A stretch of DNA of 64,000 nucleotides from Candidatus Eiseniibacteriota bacterium (GCA_963703225.1 OY969801.1:2656001-2720000), one strand, 5' to 3'; shown: positions 30,470-40,991, numbered from the stretch's first letter. Translations and numbers: made by a program. Notes: generated by a model not told the origin, from the letters alone.

Positions 30470-32120
30470 ATGATCCGGGTTGGAATCCTCGCCGCGCTCC
30501 TCTTGCTCCTATCCGCGCTCCCCGCCGCCGCCCAGCATCAGCACGGTGCGCCGTCGGTCGCCGCGACCACGCCCCCCCTCTACGACGGGCTCGGCGTTCT
30601 CCAGCACAAGGTGACGACCCAGAGTGCCCTGGCGCAGAAGTATTTCAACCAGGGGCTTCGGCTGACCTACGCGTTCAACCATGACGAGGCCGGGCGCGCC
30701 TACCATGAGGCGGCGCACCTCGATTCGAGCTGCGCCATGGCCTGGTGGGGCCAAGCGCTGGTGCTGGGGCCCAACATCAACATGCCGATGAGCCCGGAGG
30801 CCGAATCGATCGCGTACAAGCTCGCCCAGACCGCGATGGCGCTCGCGCCCAAGGCGAGCGAGGCGGAGCGCATGTACATCGAGGCGCTTTCGAAACGCTA
30901 CGACGCGGTGCCCGGCGCCAACCGGGCCGCCCACGACTCGGCCTACGCCGACGCGATGCGTGGCGTGATGAAGCACTACCCCGAGGACCTCGACGGGGCG
31001 GTGCTCTGCGCGGAGGCGCTCATGGATCTGCGCCCTTGGGATTTCTGGACGCTGGACGGAAAGCCGCAGCCTGGCGCGATCGAAATCGTCTCCATTCTGG
31101 AAGGGGTGCTCCAGAAGAATCCCGACCACATCGGCGCGCTTCACTATTACATCCACGCCGTGGAAGCGTCGCCCGAGCCGGCACGAGCCGAGGTCTACGC
31201 CGACCGGCTTGCCAAGCTCACGCCCTATGCCGGGCACCTGGTCCACATGCCATCGCACATCTACATGCGGGTCGGCCGATACGAAGACGCGCAGTCCATC
31301 AACGCTCGGGCCGTCGCCGCCGATCGCGATTACATCAAGAAGCAAGATGTCACGGGGATCTACTCGGTCATGTACTACCCGCACAACCTCCAGATGCGCT
31401 GGTATGCCCTCACCGCGCAGGGGCGCCGCGCGGAATCGATCGCCGCGGCCAACGACCTGGACCAGGCAGTTCCGGATGCGGTGGTCCGCCAGTTTCCGAT
31501 GGGAGAGTTCTTCCGCTGTTCCCACTACCTGACCCGGGTGCGCTTCGGGATGTGGGAGGAGATCCTCAAGGAGCCGGCGCCGCCCGCCGGGATGCTGATG
31601 GTCGGCGCCGCTTGGCACTACGCCCGCGGGATGGCGCTCGCCGCCACGTCGAAGACCGCGGCCGCGGGGGCGGAACGAGACAGCGTGGCCGCGGCGGTGG
31701 CGGCGTTTCCCGCCGGAGGCCTACGCCAGCCTGAATCCCGCCTCCTCGATCTTCCGGTTTGCGGCCAGCCACTTGACCGGCGAGATCGCCGCGCGGAGCG
31801 GCAAGACCGACGAGGCGATCCGGCTACTTAGAGATTCGGTGGTGCTGGAGGACTCGCTTCGCTACGACGAGCCCCCGCAGTGGCCGTTGACCGCGCGGCA
31901 GTCTCTGGGCGCGGTGCTCCTGGCCGCGGGGCGGGCGGGCGACGCCGAGGCCGTTTACCGCGACGACCTCGTCCACTGCCCCGACAGCGGCTGGTCGCTC
32001 TACGGATTGACCCAGGCCCTGCGCGCGCAGAAGAAGTCGCAGGAAGCGGCCGCGGCGGAGAAACGATTCCGCCAGGCGTGGGCCAAGTCCGACGTCACGC
32101 TGCTGGCCTCCCGTTACTAG
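30470..32120 (+). CDS. Secreted TPR-repeat protein (frameshift near 31718)
   Basis: Signal peptide; AQKYFNQGL-L-YAFNH-EA, HYYIHAVE and HLVHMPSHIY; C-terminal YDEPP-W...GWSLYGL in a second frame. Confidence 0.85.
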
Positions 32121-32128
32121 CGGAACCG

Positions 32129-32770
32129 ATGCCCGTCGCGCCGACGCTCCTGACGTTCGACATCTTCGGGACCGTCCTCGACTGGCGTCGGGGCCTCGCG
32201 GAGGCCGCCGAGGCTCAGGGCGTGCGATTGGGCGATCGCGAGTTCGACGCCGTCATCGACTACCAGGCCCTCGCCGAGGCCGGAGCCTATCGGCCCTACT
32301 CCGATATTCTCGCCGAGAGCCTTGCGCGCGTGCTCCGCATGGAGCGCCGCGCGGCGCGCGCCATCGCGGCCGAAGCCGGCCGCTGGCCACTCTTTCCCGA
32401 TTCCGCCACCGGCCTCCGCATGCTCATGCGGATCGCGCCCTGCGTCGCGATGACCAACAGCGATCAGGATCACGGTCGGCAGGTGCAGGACCAGCTCGGA
32501 TTCAGGCTCAGCGGATGGATTTGCGCGGAGGACGTTCGGTGCTACAAGCCGGCGGCCGAATTCTGGACCGCGGTCAGCGCGCGGAGGGACCAGCCCTTCG
32601 GTCCGAGCTGGTGGCACGTTTCGGCGTACGCGGACTACGACCACACGACGGCCGGGCGCCTCGGGCTCACGACCGTGTTCGTCGGGCGCGAGCACTCGCG
32701 TTGGGGCCCGTCCGCGATCACGGTGACCGACCTCGGGGCGCTCGCTACTTCCCTTGGAGGACGCTCCTGA
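32129..32770 (+). CDS. HAD family hydrolase (haloacid dehalogenase type II-like)
   Basis: FDIFGTVLDW motif I, MTNSD, YKP. Confidence 0.88.
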   Translation: MPVAPTLLTFDIFGTVLDWRRGLAEAAEAQGVRLGDREFDAVIDYQALAEAGAYRPYSDILAESLARVLRMERRAARAIAAEAGRWPLFPDSATGLRMLMRIAPCVAMTNSDQDHGRQVQDQLGFRLSGWICAEDVRCYKPAAEFWTAVSARRDQPFGPSWWHVSAYADYDHTTAGRLGLTTVFVGREHSRWGPSAITVTDLGALATSLGGRS

Positions 32771-33665
32771 GCACGAACGCGACGTTCGCGGGGCGCTCGG
32801 CCAAGCGGCGCATGAAGTAGGGGACCCACTGGGTTCCGAACGTGACGTAGACCCGCACCAGAATCCCCTCCCGCACGAGCTTTTCCTGAAGGTCCCGGCG
32901 AACCCCCAGGAGCATCTGAACCTCCCACGCGTCGGGGGCCATCGCGTGATTCCGGGCAAGCTCCTTCGCGTATTCGAGCAGCGACTCGTCGTGCGTGGCG
33001 ATGGCCGGGAAAAACCCGTCGGCGAAGAGGATCGCCATCAGCGTTCGGTAGTTTTCGTCCACCTGCCGCTTTTCGGGAAAGGCGACCGTGGAAGGCTCGA
33101 GATAGGCGCCCTTCACCAGCCGGATCTTCGGATGAGACGGCTGGAGGCGGCGCAAGTCCCCTTCGGTTCGGTGGAGGTAGGACTGGACGGCCAGCCCGAC
33201 GTTCTCGTGACGGGAGCGGACCTGCTCGAAGAGATCGACGGTAGCCCCCGAGACCGAGGAGTGCTCCATGTCGATCTCGACGATGGTCCTGAAGGACGCC
33301 GCTTCCCCGGTCAAACGGAGCGTCAGCTCACGGCAAAGGTCGGGTGCGAAATCGAGGCCGAGCTGTGTGGGCTTGATCGTGATGTTGCCGTTGATCTTTC
33401 TCGCCGAGAGCTCGCGGAGAATCTTGTGGTAGCTCTCATACGCGGCCTCTGCCTCGCGGCGCTCGGTCACGTTCTCGCCCAGCTGATTCATGATCACCAG
33501 CATTCCCTTCGCGTTCAGATCCCCGGCGACCTGGAGGGCCTCCTCCAGCGTCTCCCCCGCGATGAATCGCCGAGCGAATCCCAGCCTCATGCCGGTACGA
33601 GCGATGGGCTGGGTCACGAAGGGCTTCGTGGAGAGCCAGGAGATGAAATCGCGGAGCAGGGGCAT
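32745..33665 (-). CDS. Monofunctional proline dehydrogenase
   Basis: RRFIAGE, IKPTQLGL, IDME, RLVKGAY, IATHD, QMLLG and YFMRRLAERPAN. Confidence 0.93.
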   Translation of the reverse strand: MPLLRDFISWLSTKPFVTQPIARTGMRLGFARRFIAGETLEEALQVAGDLNAKGMLVIMNQLGENVTERREAEAAYESYHKILRELSARKINGNITIKPTQLGLDFAPDLCRELTLRLTGEAASFRTIVEIDMEHSSVSGATVDLFEQVRSRHENVGLAVQSYLHRTEGDLRRLQPSHPKIRLVKGAYLEPSTVAFPEKRQVDENYRTLMAILFADGFFPAIATHDESLLEYAKELARNHAMAPDAWEVQMLLGVRRDLQEKLVREGILVRVYVTFGTQWVPYFMRRLAERPANVAFVLRSVLQGK

Positions 33666-33720
33666 GGGCCGAGTACTCTACCCGATCGGTCGAGCCGGGG
33701 AAACGCCGGAGCGCGGCGAC

Positions 33721-34566
33721 TTACCAGTCGCGGCGGCGAAAGATGAGCGCGGCCAAGAAGAGCGGCACAGCCGTCTCCAAGAAGAGCACGCCGAGCCCGA
33801 TCGCGATTCCCACGCCGCTGCCGAACATCTTGACCAGCACGGCGGCGGTTGGGCCGAAGAGCGCCCCGGACCCCACCGCGAGGGTCGTCAGCACGCGAAC
33901 CAGGTCGACCGGATTGAGGAGAAGTGCGGGAAAGAGCACCGTCTGGAGTGGAACGCCCCGCAGGAGCGCCGTGGCGCCGAGTACCACGAGGTCGTAGGCC
34001 ACCACCATGAGGAGCCAGAGGAGGAGCGCCGCTGACATCGCCTTCAGCCGGTCGGGCCAGACCACCGCGAGGAACAGGGACACCGCCAAACTCAGCCATC
34101 CAAGCACCAGAGAGAGCCCCGTCAAGACGAGGAACCCAGGCACCTGGTCGGGGCCGGCGTTCAGCGCCACGACGATCCCTCCCCCACCGAAGCCGAGGGC
34201 CTGCGCGACCCCGAACGCCGCGGCGAGTCCAATGAATTTGCCTCCGAGCACCTCACCCCGTGTTACCGGCTGGGCCAGGAGCAACGAGAGGGTCTCGCTG
34301 CCGCCCGTGACGCTCGTTACACCCAGGACGAGCCCGGTGAGCGGGACCACGAAGAGAACCAAGTTGAGGAGGCTGAGCGTCACGCGGGCGAACCCCTGGA
34401 ATCCCACCTCGCGGCTCTGGGCGAGCCCGAAGTAGGAGAGCCCAAGGACGATCGCGGCGAAGATCGCGGCAAAGGCAAAGAGCCAGCGCGCCTCGAGAGC
34501 GCGGCGATACTCCTCCCGCGCGATGACGCGGATCCGGCGCCCCCTGCCCGGTTGAGATGGGCTCAC
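33721..34566 (-). CDS. nosY: NosY, ABC permease for N2O reductase maturation
   Basis: SLLNLV---VPL, LLLAQPVTRGEVLGGKF, DL--LG and LLLNPVDLVR; lies in the nos operon; GTGA overlap. Confidence 0.88.
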   Translation of the reverse strand: MSPSQPGRGRRIRVIAREEYRRALEARWLFAFAAIFAAIVLGLSYFGLAQSREVGFQGFARVTLSLLNLVLFVVPLTGLVLGVTSVTGGSETLSLLLAQPVTRGEVLGGKFIGLAAAFGVAQALGFGGGGIVVALNAGPDQVPGFLVLTGLSLVLGWLSLAVSLFLAVVWPDRLKAMSAALLLWLLMVVAYDLVVLGATALLRGVPLQTVLFPALLLNPVDLVRVLTTLAVGSGALFGPTAAVLVKMFGSGVGIAIGLGVLFLETAVPLFLAALIFRRRDW

Positions 34567-34985
34567 TGGTGTCCTTCCACGAGGTGGGACCCCGCGACGA
34601 TCAACCGTCCCGCAGGCTCTCCGTTCACCAGAAAGGCAAAATCTTCGCCGGGACGGTCCGCCAGAAGCTCCCCCCTCCACGACGCGCCCGGCTGGAGGGC
34701 GACCGCCGGCAGGCGATCTTCGTAGCCTGGAAGCGCGAGCTCCGCGCGCGATGAGCCGGCGTTGACCACCGTGAGGGCGAGGCGCTGCCCTTTCAGCGCA
34801 TGGATCGTCGCCGGATTCAGCGCCCCGTCCTCGATGGTGAGGGCGACGGCGACGGCCGTGGTGGGCGTGGCGAGCTTCTCTCGGATCATCGCCCTCCGAC
34901 CCGGGACGCGCCCGAGCGCGCTCACCGCGAGCGCGAGCGCGAGCACTGCCCCCAGGAGCCAAAGGTAGGGACGCCTAGTGCTCAT
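34563..34985 (-). CDS. Membrane-anchored cupredoxin-like protein
   Basis: N-terminal TM; LNPATI----GQRLALTVVN...LPGY...LQPG...ADRPGEDFAF resembles the cupredoxin fold; C-terminal HLVEGHQ. Confidence 0.6.
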   Translation of the reverse strand: MSTRRPYLWLLGAVLALALAVSALGRVPGRRAMIREKLATPTTAVAVALTIEDGALNPATIHALKGQRLALTVVNAGSSRAELALPGYEDRLPAVALQPGASWRGELLADRPGEDFAFLVNGEPAGRLIVAGSHLVEGHQ

Positions 34986-35892
34986 GTCCTTCTCCGCGAA
35001 CCACGTTGAGGAACATCTCTTCGAGCGTCGGCCCTTGGAGCTGGAAGGAGCGCATGGCGACACCTGCTTCGCGCAGGGATTCCAGCACGTCCAGGCTTCT
35101 CCCGTTCGAGGCCTGAACGACCAACCCATGGGCTCCCACCGTTTCAAAGGCGAGCCCTGCCTGGCGAAGAATCTGCGACGCCCGATCGCCGGAGTCGCGC
35201 AGCTCGATGCGGAGCCGGCTCGCCTGGAGCTGCCGCTCGCGCAGGTCCGCGAGGCGCTCGAGGGCGGCCTGGCGGCCGTCGAGGAGGATCAGCACGCGGT
35301 CCGCGACGCGCTCGACTTCGCTCAGCAGGTGAGAGCTGAGAATGACGGTCTTTCCCTCGCGCTGGAGCTGCACGAGAAGCGAGCGGAACTCCCATGTCGC
35401 CTCGGGATCGAGGCTCGCCGTCGGCTCGTCCAGAACGAGGAGCCCTGGGTCTCCGAGGAGCGCCTGGGCGAGCGTCAGCCGCTGTGTGTAGCCGCCGGAA
35501 AGGTCACGCGCACGCCGCCCGGCATGGGAGGCGAGCCCCACCCGCTCCAGGGCGAGATCAACCGTGCCGCGCGCGAGCCCGCGAATCTCCGCGAAGAAGG
35601 CGAGCACCTCGACTACGGTCCGCGCGGGAGGAAATTCAACCCGCTGCGGCACGTAGCCGAGGCCGTGACGCGCGCGCGAGTCATGGGGCGGGAGGCCAGG
35701 ATGCCCAATCGACACGCTGCCCTCGTCGGGTCGCGTGAGCCCGAGGAGGATCTTGAGGGTCGTCGTCTTGCCCGCTCCGTTGGGGCCGATCAGGGCGAAC
35801 GTCTCGCCCTGCTCCACCTGGAACGAGAGGCGGTCGACCGCGGTGACCGATCCGTACCGCTTGACGATCCCCTCCACGCGAATCATCGCCAT
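34975..35892 (-). CDS. nosF: NosF, ABC ATPase
   Basis: GPNGAGKTT, LSGG, LVLDEPT and SSH; lies between nosD and nosY. Confidence 0.9.
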   Translation of the reverse strand: MAMIRVEGIVKRYGSVTAVDRLSFQVEQGETFALIGPNGAGKTTTLKILLGLTRPDEGSVSIGHPGLPPHDSRARHGLGYVPQRVEFPPARTVVEVLAFFAEIRGLARGTVDLALERVGLASHAGRRARDLSGGYTQRLTLAQALLGDPGLLVLDEPTASLDPEATWEFRSLLVQLQREGKTVILSSHLLSEVERVADRVLILLDGRQAALERLADLRERQLQASRLRIELRDSGDRASQILRQAGLAFETVGAHGLVVQASNGRSLDVLESLREAGVAMRSFQLQGPTLEEMFLNVVRGEGHEH

Positions 35893-37220
35893 GGCCGCCT
35901 TCCCAGTAGCCCGACGAGCCCCATCGCGAGGAGCGCGGATGAGGCCGCGAACGCGGCCCAGACGGGCCTCGGGCCTTCACCGGCCGTCCCGCCTGGCGCG
36001 GAAGCCCCGGCCCCACCCACCGGCGCCACCAGCGGACGGTTGTCCACGATCTCGCTGGGCCGAAGCGCCGGAAATACGCGTTCGGCCACGGTGATCGCGA
36101 CCACGGCAGGGCTCTTTGCCAACAACGAGATGTCCGGGTTCTGCTTGGACAAGAACGCGAACGCGCTCACCGGCGAATAAGGAATGTCGCTGATGCCGTC
36201 GGAATTCAGATCGTACGGCGCGTTGTCGCTCCAGAAGTTGCCGGCCTGTCCGTCATCGAAGCGATTGTCCGATCGCCTCATGTCGAGCGCCACCGGGTAG
36301 TCGTTGTTCAGAAACGTATTTCGGGCCGTCTCGTTGCCGGCGCAGGAGGAGAACATGAGGAGGCCCCAGCCATTGTCCTGGAACAGATTTCGGCGAATTC
36401 GGTTGCGGTTGGAATTGTCCATGAAGACCGCGATCGTGTTGTCAGCCATGCGATTCTCGACGAAGTCACCCGCCGAGCAGTCCCGGAGAAGAAGCCCGTA
36501 TGTTCGAGGCCCGCGGTTGTGAAGAAACGCGTTGCCCTGCACGAGCAGATGGTTGGAGAACATGATCGCGCAGCCGGCCACGTTGCGTGCGAAGAGGTTG
36601 CCTACGAGGCGATTATCCTGGCAATACATCGTGTGCAACCCGTATCGGCCGCAGTCACGAAATCGATCTCCGGAGACGCGCGTGCGGTCGGCGAACGAGA
36701 GGTAGACACCGTCCTGAAACCGTTCCACCGTGTTGTCCACGATCTGGGCGTCGTGGGAGTACCAGAGATGAATCCCATTTCCGTCGCCGCTCTCGTTGAG
36801 CGGCTGGACGCGCCCCGTCAGGTGGCAGTCCTCGACCGAGAGGCTCTCCGCCCGCTCCGCGTAGATCCCGTAGAGCACGTCGCGGAGAACGATTCGGCGC
36901 AGCACCACGCCCCGGGAATTCCCCACATGGATCCCGCTGTCGATTGTGACCACCCTAGGGCCGCTTCCCTGAACCGTGAGGTCCTCGACCACCGCATGGT
37001 CGGACGCGATCCGGAGCACCGTCCCGTCGCCGTCGCCGTCCAGAATCGCCCCTGGATTGCCACGGAGCGTGATCATTCGATCAATGAGGACCGGGCCGCG
37101 GTGGGTGCCCGCCGCGAGCTCGATGACGTCGCCCGGCGACGCGGCGGCGATGGCGGCGTTGGCCGCACCCGGCTCGGGCGGAACCGCGATCGAGGCGGCA
37201 TGGACCGGCTGGGCCCCGCA
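35883..37220 (-). CDS. nosD: NosD, N2O reductase maturation protein (no own start; probably fused to NosB)
   Basis: Parallel beta-helix with GNGIHLW, DGVYLSF, RYGLHTMY, GNFWSD--YDLNSDGISD and SPAV. The frame runs upstream only to a TAG near 37224. Confidence 0.9.
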   Translation of the reverse strand, partial: CGAQPVHAASIAVPPEPGAANAAIAAASPGDVIELAAGTHRGPVLIDRMITLRGNPGAILDGDGDGTVLRIASDHAVVEDLTVQGSGPRVVTIDSGIHVGNSRGVVLRRIVLRDVLYGIYAERAESLSVEDCHLTGRVQPLNESGDGNGIHLWYSHDAQIVDNTVERFQDGVYLSFADRTRVSGDRFRDCGRYGLHTMYCQDNRLVGNLFARNVAGCAIMFSNHLLVQGNAFLHNRGPRTYGLLLRDCSAGDFVENRMADNTIAVFMDNSNRNRIRRNLFQDNGWGLLMFSSCAGNETARNTFLNNDYPVALDMRRSDNRFDDGQAGNFWSDNAPYDLNSDGISDIPYSPVSAFAFLSKQNPDISLLAKSPAVVAITVAERVFPALRPSEIVDNRPLVAPVGGAGASAPGGTAGEGPRPVWAAFAASSALLAMGLVGLLGRRPWR

Positions 37221-37224
37221 GGGC

Positions 37225-37837
37225 TAGCGCCACGAGGATCGGTAGCGGCGCGGCGCGCGGCGCGGTGCTCGACGAGAAATACAATGGGGCCGAGCAGCCA
37301 GGCCAAACCCAAGAGAAGCGTGCCCGGCCCCGGGAGGCTCCACACCTTGAAGTTCGCCATCTGCTTGAAACCGATCAGCGGCGGCGTGAACGCATCCAGC
37401 TTGATGGCTGCCCGCGGATCGAGGTCGTGGCCGTAGTGCCATAGCCAGTTGGCGTAGTCGCGGAACATGTAAACCGCGAATCCGGTGAAGCCGAGCCATC
37501 CAAGGATGGCGAGCCATCGCCGGTTGACGAGCGCCGCCAAGAGCGCCATCACCCCGAAGAAGGTGAGGAGCTGCGGCATGTACGTGAATTCCTGGAAGTC
37601 GTTCGGGGTGATCGGGTGCATTCCGACGTAGTGGTTCAGGATGTTGATCTTCTGGAGGTCTCCTTTGATCGTGTTCGTGTAGATCGTGAGCTGAAGCCCC
37701 TCGGGATACTGCGGTGCCCAGAGCTTCATCGTCCAGACGGGGAGAACCGGCAGGAAGAACACGGGCAGGAGCACCAGCGCCGCGACCACGATCCAGCGGC
37801 GCTCGGACCTTTGGAACGAACCGTTCAGGTACCCCAC
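37225..37837 (-). CDS. nosB: NosB, clade II nos membrane protein
   Basis: W---LWAPQYPEGL, INILNHYVGM, YGHDLDP-AAIK---F-PPLIG-KQMANF---SLP. There is no stop before the NosD sequence; the raw ORF continues to 37073. Confidence 0.85.
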
Positions 37838-37894
37838 ATCATCCCCCGTTGAGGGCGCCGGGGCGATGAATCATCCGGCGCCCGCTGTCGATGC

Positions 37895-39797
37895 CTAGCG
37901 GCGAAGGAGCGCCGCGACTTCCGCCAGCTGCTTGGCATCCGGCCTCTGTATGGCCGCGACCGCCGTGCCTATCGGCGCGACCTCGAGGTATCCCTGCATC
38001 TCCTGGTGCAGCGCGCTGCAGAAGTTGGAGCAGTAGAACGGAATGATCCCCGACCTTCTGCGGCGATCCAGTGATCGTCTTTGTCTCGCCCGGCTCGACC
38101 TGCATGTCGATGTTCGAGTTCAGAGATTCCAAACCCGTGGGTGATGTCGTCGTCCTGCTCGAGGTTGGTGACATGGAAGTAGATCGTATCGCCCCGCGGC
38201 GACGCGGATGATGTCGGGCGTGAAGTGGGTGCGGATCGTCAACATGTAGACGTCGACACGGTTGCCCTTCCGGACCACGCGCGCCTCCTCGGCCGACTTG
38301 CACCGCGATACGGATCGGTGTTCTCGGCGAGCGAATAGATCTTGATCGGCTTGATCTTTCGAGCGCGCGATGATCTGCGCGTAGTGCGGCTCGGGATAGG
38401 TCGGGAAGTCGTAGAGCAGCTCCATCTTGGTCCGCGCAGGTCGATGAGCTGCGCCGCCTTCGGGATGCGATCGGGCCGACGGGCAGGTAGCGATCCTTCG
38501 AGAGCTTGTCGAGCGCCAGCAGGTACTCGCCGGTCGGGTGCCGCGTGTCGCCCTCGGCCGCGCATCAGGTGGCCGATCGAGTAGTAGACGTCGATCTTGT
38601 CCACGACCTTCCAGGTGCCGATCTTCCACTTGGCGATCTGCGAGTCGAGGAAGAGCGAGGTGTAGGCGTAGCCCTTGCCGTCGAACTGGGTGTGCAGCGG
38701 GCCGAGACCGACCGGCACCTTGGCCTCGAGCACGTCCTCGTACCGGAGGACCGGAATGCCCGTCGATCTCCTTGTCGAACTTCTTCGCGTCGATCGCTGC
38801 CTTCATCTTGGCGAAGCTGAACACCGTCACCTCGGCCTGGAGCTTTCCGGACGCGCAGATGTACTCACCGGTCGGGGTCACGTCCACGCCGTGCGGGCTC
38901 TTGGGCATCGGGATGAGATAGACGATGTCCTTCACGTCCTTGGGATCGAGCACCGGCGCTCCGCCGATGGTCTTCGCCTTGCCCGCGTCGACCGCCTTTT
39001 GCGCCTCGACGCCAGTTCACGGCGGCGACGTAGTCCATCTCGTTCTGCGACGCCTTGACCTCGAGCGAGTCGTAGGCCTTCTCGCTGTTGTAGCAGGTGA
39101 AGAACTGCCAGCCGTTGCTCGGGCCCTTGCCGGCGTCCGAGAGATCCCAGTCGAACGGAGGCATCAGGATCTCGAAGCCCATCGACATCTGGCCGTTCTT
39201 GTCCACCTTGATGCCGGCGATGATCCCGTTGAAGTCCTTCTTGTAGTTCTCGACCTTCGCCACTTTGTTCGTCGGCACCGGGGCCGAGAAGCGTGAAGCC
39301 GCGAAGACGTACTCGGTGTTCGGCGTCGGGTAGGGGCACGCATGCGCGGCCGAAATGTTCGGGATCGGTCCGTAGATCTGGCGGGTGGTGAAGTCCTTGA
39401 GGTCGATGCGTGCGATCCGAGCGTGCGGCATGTCGTTGATGAAGAGCCATCGCCCGTCGTAGTCGCCGTCCGTCTCGGAGAGGCCGGGGTGGTGCGCGTC
39501 GCCCCAGGTGAAGCCGCCGAGCATGGCCTTCGATTCCTCGTCAAAGCCGTAGCCGCGCGCCGGCTCGGGAGTGAATACCGGGATGTTCGTGATGTGGCGG
39601 CACGAGGGCAGCCCGTACACGAACACCTGCCCGGAGTGCCCACCGGAGAGAAAGGCGTAGTAGGTGTCGTATTCGCCCGGCTTCACGTACACCTTTTGGG
39701 CCGCTGGCGCCCCGCCCCCTCCGGCGCAGCCGGCCATTAGCGCCGCCAGCACGAACAGGGATGCGCCCACCGCGATGGAGCCAACGATTCGTTTCAT
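37895..39797 (-). CDS. nosZ: Clade II (Sec/lipoprotein-type) nitrous oxide reductase, multiply frameshifted
   Basis: Lipoprotein signal MAGC without twin arginines; SGGHSGQ; CuZ His motifs DAHHP, AAH, PHG, GPLH, IGH and EPH; CuA motifs THGF and [12 protein letters not shown]. About ten or more single-base indels between 38050 and 39010. Confidence 0.95.
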
Positions 39798-39827
39798 GGA
39801 TTGATCCTCCTCCTTGAACGCGGCCAA

Positions 39828-40283
39828 CTAGTGAGCCTCGGAGTGCTCCTTGTCCTTGTGCTTGAGAAACTCGACCAGTGCCTTGGCTTCTTCGGGCTTC
39901 AGCATGAGATTGGGCATCTGCACGGCGTACTTTGCGAGCAACTCCCGCGAGATCGGGTCCGTCTTGGTCATCACATCGGGGTGGAGCATCTGCTGCTCCA
40001 TCCAGGTGGCCGACCGGCGCTCGGTCACGCCCTGAAGGTCCGGTCCGGTGATTCGGACGCCAAACGCGTGGCAGGTGGAACAGGTCTTGGTCTTGAACAG
40101 CTTCTCGCCCACCCCGGCCAGCGCTTCGTCCACAGGCGCTTCTGCGGCTCGCGGCCCTGCGTCGAAGAGTGAAGTGTTCGCCGCTCCACCGGATGGGCCC
40201 GTACCATCTCCTGAATTTCCCCCGCACCCGGCCAGCCCGATTCCAGCGCCGACCAGGATGCCGAGGACAATCAGTCGCTTCAT
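39828..40283 (-). CDS. Monoheme cytochrome c lipoprotein upstream of nosZ
   Basis: MKRLIVLGILVGAGIGLAGC lipoprotein signal; CSTCH; GPDL-GVT-RR and QMPN; SD-like AAAGGGG. Confidence 0.9.
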   Translation of the reverse strand: MKRLIVLGILVGAGIGLAGCGGNSGDGTGPSGGAANTSLFDAGPRAAEAPVDEALAGVGEKLFKTKTCSTCHAFGVRITGPDLQGVTERRSATWMEQQMLHPDVMTKTDPISRELLAKYAVQMPNLMLKPEEAKALVEFLKHKDKEHSEAH

Positions 40284-40820
40284 GTGCGTGCCCCTTTCGC
40301 GCGTCGGGCGCCGGGACTGACCGGAACCGTCCTTGGGCGCTCCTGACAACATGCGAGCAGCGAATGCCTCCACTTCGCGCGGCCGGAGCACCCGCTCCGC
40401 CACGCCGATCACGACCGCCTCTTCCTTCCGGATGTGGATCCGAAGCAGATCGACGAAGTCTCGTAGGAGTACCCTGACCTGTTCATCCCTGGCGGCGCTC
40501 TGGGCCGTGGCGAGGAGCTCCGTGAGGGAAGTCAGCATCCCTCGGAGCGCGGCGTGCTCGGCGCGCAGCGGCTCGATGCTCAGACGGGTCTGTGGCAGAG
40601 CCTCGACCAGCGCGGGATAGAGGACCTCATCCTCCGCGGCCATATGGCTCTCGAACTGCCGCGCCAGCATGGAAAGAACTCCCTTCACCGCTTCGACCGG
40701 CCTAACGCTTCCCCCGGTCCCGACCGGACCGGGCCGGGCGGCTTCGTCGAGCGAGGAAATCTCCTTCAGCACGTATTGGTGATCCGCTCTCATTCGGTCA
40801 AAGACTCCTGGATTGCCCAT
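40284..40820 (-). CDS. Hemerythrin-like (HHE) domain protein, in frame with the downstream cytochrome c
   Basis: DH, HMAAEDEVLYP, EH and HIRKEE di-iron motifs; SD AAGGAG. Confidence 0.85.
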
Positions 40821-40893
40821 GGCACCGCTCCTTGGCCTGAAGCCGATGACGTCCTCTTCGCTATGAGTTTCGGAGAATTCAGATCAGCCGCCC

Positions 40894-40907
40894 ATGACGG
40901 GCGTCAG
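40894..40907. promoter_or_regulatory. FNR/DNR-like box 1
   Basis: ATGAC-N4-GTCAG, about 75-87 bp upstream of the hemerythrin start. Confidence 0.55.
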
Positions 40908-40991
40908 TGGTGAGCAAGATTCTTGGTTGTTCGCCGAGGCGCGGAACTGGTAAGAATTCTTGGACTTAAGGCCTTGGCGGATGGCGGGCAC

